Shown here piece after piece: positions 62,440-64,000 of a DNA stretch of 64,000 bases; the first letter of the stretch is position 1, and each line of letters starts with the position of its first letter. Made by a program: the position numbers and the translations under genes. Origin of the DNA: an uncultured delta proteobacterium (lineage in GTDB: Bacteria > Desulfobacterota > Desulfomonilia > UBA1062); the NCBI GenBank assembly GCA_963785235.1, contig CAWAUM010000007.1, positions 96,001-160,000 on the forward strand. Direction: 5' to 3'. The notes beneath the pieces are model-generated. The model was not told where the DNA came from and did no database searches. It saw only the letters and a program-made list of their open reading frames with translations.

Positions 62440-63117
62440 ATGATCGGAACCATTGCAAACACATCAGCAGTCCTGGCAGGATCCCTTGTGGGGATCGTTG
62501 CCGGAAAACGCCTAGGTGCGGACCTCAAGGAAACCCTCATGAAGGCCCTAGGGCTGGCAGTTGTCGTCATCGGCCTGCAGATGGCCCTTTCAGCAAAAGG
62601 CCTTATACCTTCGGTCGCATGCCTGTTGCTTGGCGCCCTTACCGGAGAACTTATGAAGATCGAGCGCGGGGTTGAACGACTGGGAGAATTCTTAAAGGTA
62701 CGGTTCAATTCTTCCTCAGCCACCTTTGTTCAGGGGTTCATGAGTTCAACACTGTTGTATATTACCGGTGCAATGGTCATTATCGGGTGCATCCAGGACG
62801 GGACCGCAGGCAATCCGGATACACTCTATCTGAAATCCATGCTGGACGGGGTGTCATCCATTGCTCTGGCATCAACCCTGGGCATTGGAGTGGCCTTCTC
62901 TGCGTTAAGCGTGTTCGTCGTTCAGGGTTCACTCACACTCCTTGCGTCACATATTGCCTTTCTCCAGGAGCCGGTTGTACTGGCTTCCATTACATCCACC
63001 GGCGGCATGATCATCCTGGGCATCGGCATAAACCTGATGGGGCTCACTGCCATCCGGGTGGGGAATCTGATCCCGGCCTTAGTCTATGCAGCCGTATACC
63101 CGCTCATTTTTCCATGA
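62440..63117 (+). CDS. DUF554 membrane protein
   Basis: MIGTIAN, GAM.IIGCIQDG, KSMLDG, GIGVAFSA. Confidence 0.88.
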   Translation: MIGTIANTSAVLAGSLVGIVAGKRLGADLKETLMKALGLAVVVIGLQMALSAKGLIPSVACLLLGALTGELMKIERGVERLGEFLKVRFNSSSATFVQGFMSSTLLYITGAMVIIGCIQDGTAGNPDTLYLKSMLDGVSSIALASTLGIGVAFSALSVFVVQGSLTLLASHIAFLQEPVVLASITSTGGMIILGIGINLMGLTAIRVGNLIPALVYAAVYPLIFP

Positions 63118-63683
63118 AGGAGGCATTCTTGAGTGCATTTCTTAAAAAAGATGACTGTTTTCTTGTTGTGGTAGACATCCAGGAGAGGCTCCATACCGCC
63201 ATGGAAGGTCAACTCAAGGATATCTATGTTAAGAATAGTGTGATCCTCATTGAAACAGCCAAATCTTGCCAGATACCGATTATCGTGTCCGAGCAATATC
63301 CCAAGGGGCTGGGATCGACTATTGCCGGAGCGGCAGAGCACCTCGAGGGTATACCCAGGCATGAAAAGCTCTTCTTCAGCTGTTACAGGGATGAGGGGAT
63401 AAAGAAGGCCATGAAGTCTACAGGCAGGAAGACGGCGGTCATCATCGGAATCGAGACCCATGTGTGCGTCATGCAGACCGCGCTGGACCTCCTTGATGAC
63501 GGCTATCGCGTAGTAATTGCCAGCGATGCAGTCTGCTCAAGACGGGCGCATGACAGGGTTACCTCGCTCGATGCCATGGCGCGTCTCGGGGTGCTTATAT
63601 ATCCCACGGAAACAATCGCCTTCATGTTCATGGAAAAGGCAGGAACGGATCTTTTCAAGAAGCTATCAGGGCTTTTTAAATAG
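63114..63683 (+). CDS. Isochorismatase-family hydrolase
   Basis: VVDIQERL, EQYPKGLG, K..FSC, GIETHVCVMQT, DAVCSR. Confidence 0.88.
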   Translation: MKEAFLSAFLKKDDCFLVVVDIQERLHTAMEGQLKDIYVKNSVILIETAKSCQIPIIVSEQYPKGLGSTIAGAAEHLEGIPRHEKLFFSCYRDEGIKKAMKSTGRKTAVIIGIETHVCVMQTALDLLDDGYRVVIASDAVCSRRAHDRVTSLDAMARLGVLIYPTETIAFMFMEKAGTDLFKKLSGLFK

Positions 63684-63859
63684 GTCCGTTGAAATGCGTA
63701 CTATCTTGCATGCCTTTATGCAACGAAAATTATTCGGATGGCTACATAGAGTCTAAACGTTATAATTACACTATCTTATCATCTGTAGACACTGGAACTT
63801 TTCAAGTTACAGCATTAAGCCCTTGAAACCATGATTCTTGTATGGTAATGGGCTCAACC

Positions 63860-63945
63860 AGCACACACGCCCGGTAGTATGACAAGGTCTGAGGTGTCCT
63901 TTTAAAACAAGGATCAGCCTTGCAGGGCGGAGGAAAAACCAAGGA
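63860..63945 (+). ncRNA. rpsB 5' leader (t44-like autoregulatory RNA)
   Basis: gcacacacgccc...gaggtg...gggcggaggaaaaacc directly upstream of rpsB resembles the conserved ends of the t44 leader. Confidence 0.65.
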
Positions 63946-63953
63946 GGTAGTAC

Positions 63954-64000
63954 ATGTCAGTCGTCACCATGAAACAGCTTCTCGAGGCAGGGGTCCATTT
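63954..64000 (+). CDS. rpsB: 30S ribosomal protein S2, 5' end only
   Basis: MSVVTMKQLLEAGVH with RBS aaggaggt. Confidence 0.92.
   Translation, partial: MSVVTMKQLLEAGVH

Overview
This is a 64-kb bacterial window, probably from an anaerobic deltaproteobacterium-type organism (inferred from the sigma54 regulator, ihfA, ferredoxin and rpsB styles). Many genes, including housekeeping ones, are split by single-base indels, which points to uncorrected long-read errors rather than pseudogenes. From about 2.9 to 59 kb an accessory region has every recognisable gene on the + strand. It opens with toxin-antitoxin genes and a GAF-GAF-PAS-PAS sigma54 activator. Next is an unusual sigma54-driven cluster: ABM-fold protein, a cytoplasmic DszB (desulfinase)-like protein with the catalytic Cys/His/Arg, a glycyl radical enzyme with a non-canonical Cys loop, a phosphofructokinase-fold protein lacking kinase motifs, the GRE activase, a poly-FeS protein, a 2-hydroxyacyl-CoA dehydratase/benzoyl-CoA reductase-type pair without an activator, CoA-disulfide reductase-rhodanese, rhodanese and a BASS-family transporter. 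This cluster is the best candidate for an undescribed system, possibly anaerobic radical organosulfur or aromatic catabolism. Downstream are two GH63/MGH1-like glucosidases, glucose dehydrogenase, an aquaporin, a pLGIC-like channel, many envelope and beta-barrel proteins, an arylsulfatase with its radical-SAM maturase, MscS and lipolytic enzymes. Three gene cassettes are each bracketed by diverged direct repeats of a neighbouring gene end. The last 5 kb is core genome (ihfA, ferredoxin, HAD hydrolase, DUF554, isochorismatase, rpsB leader and rpsB start).
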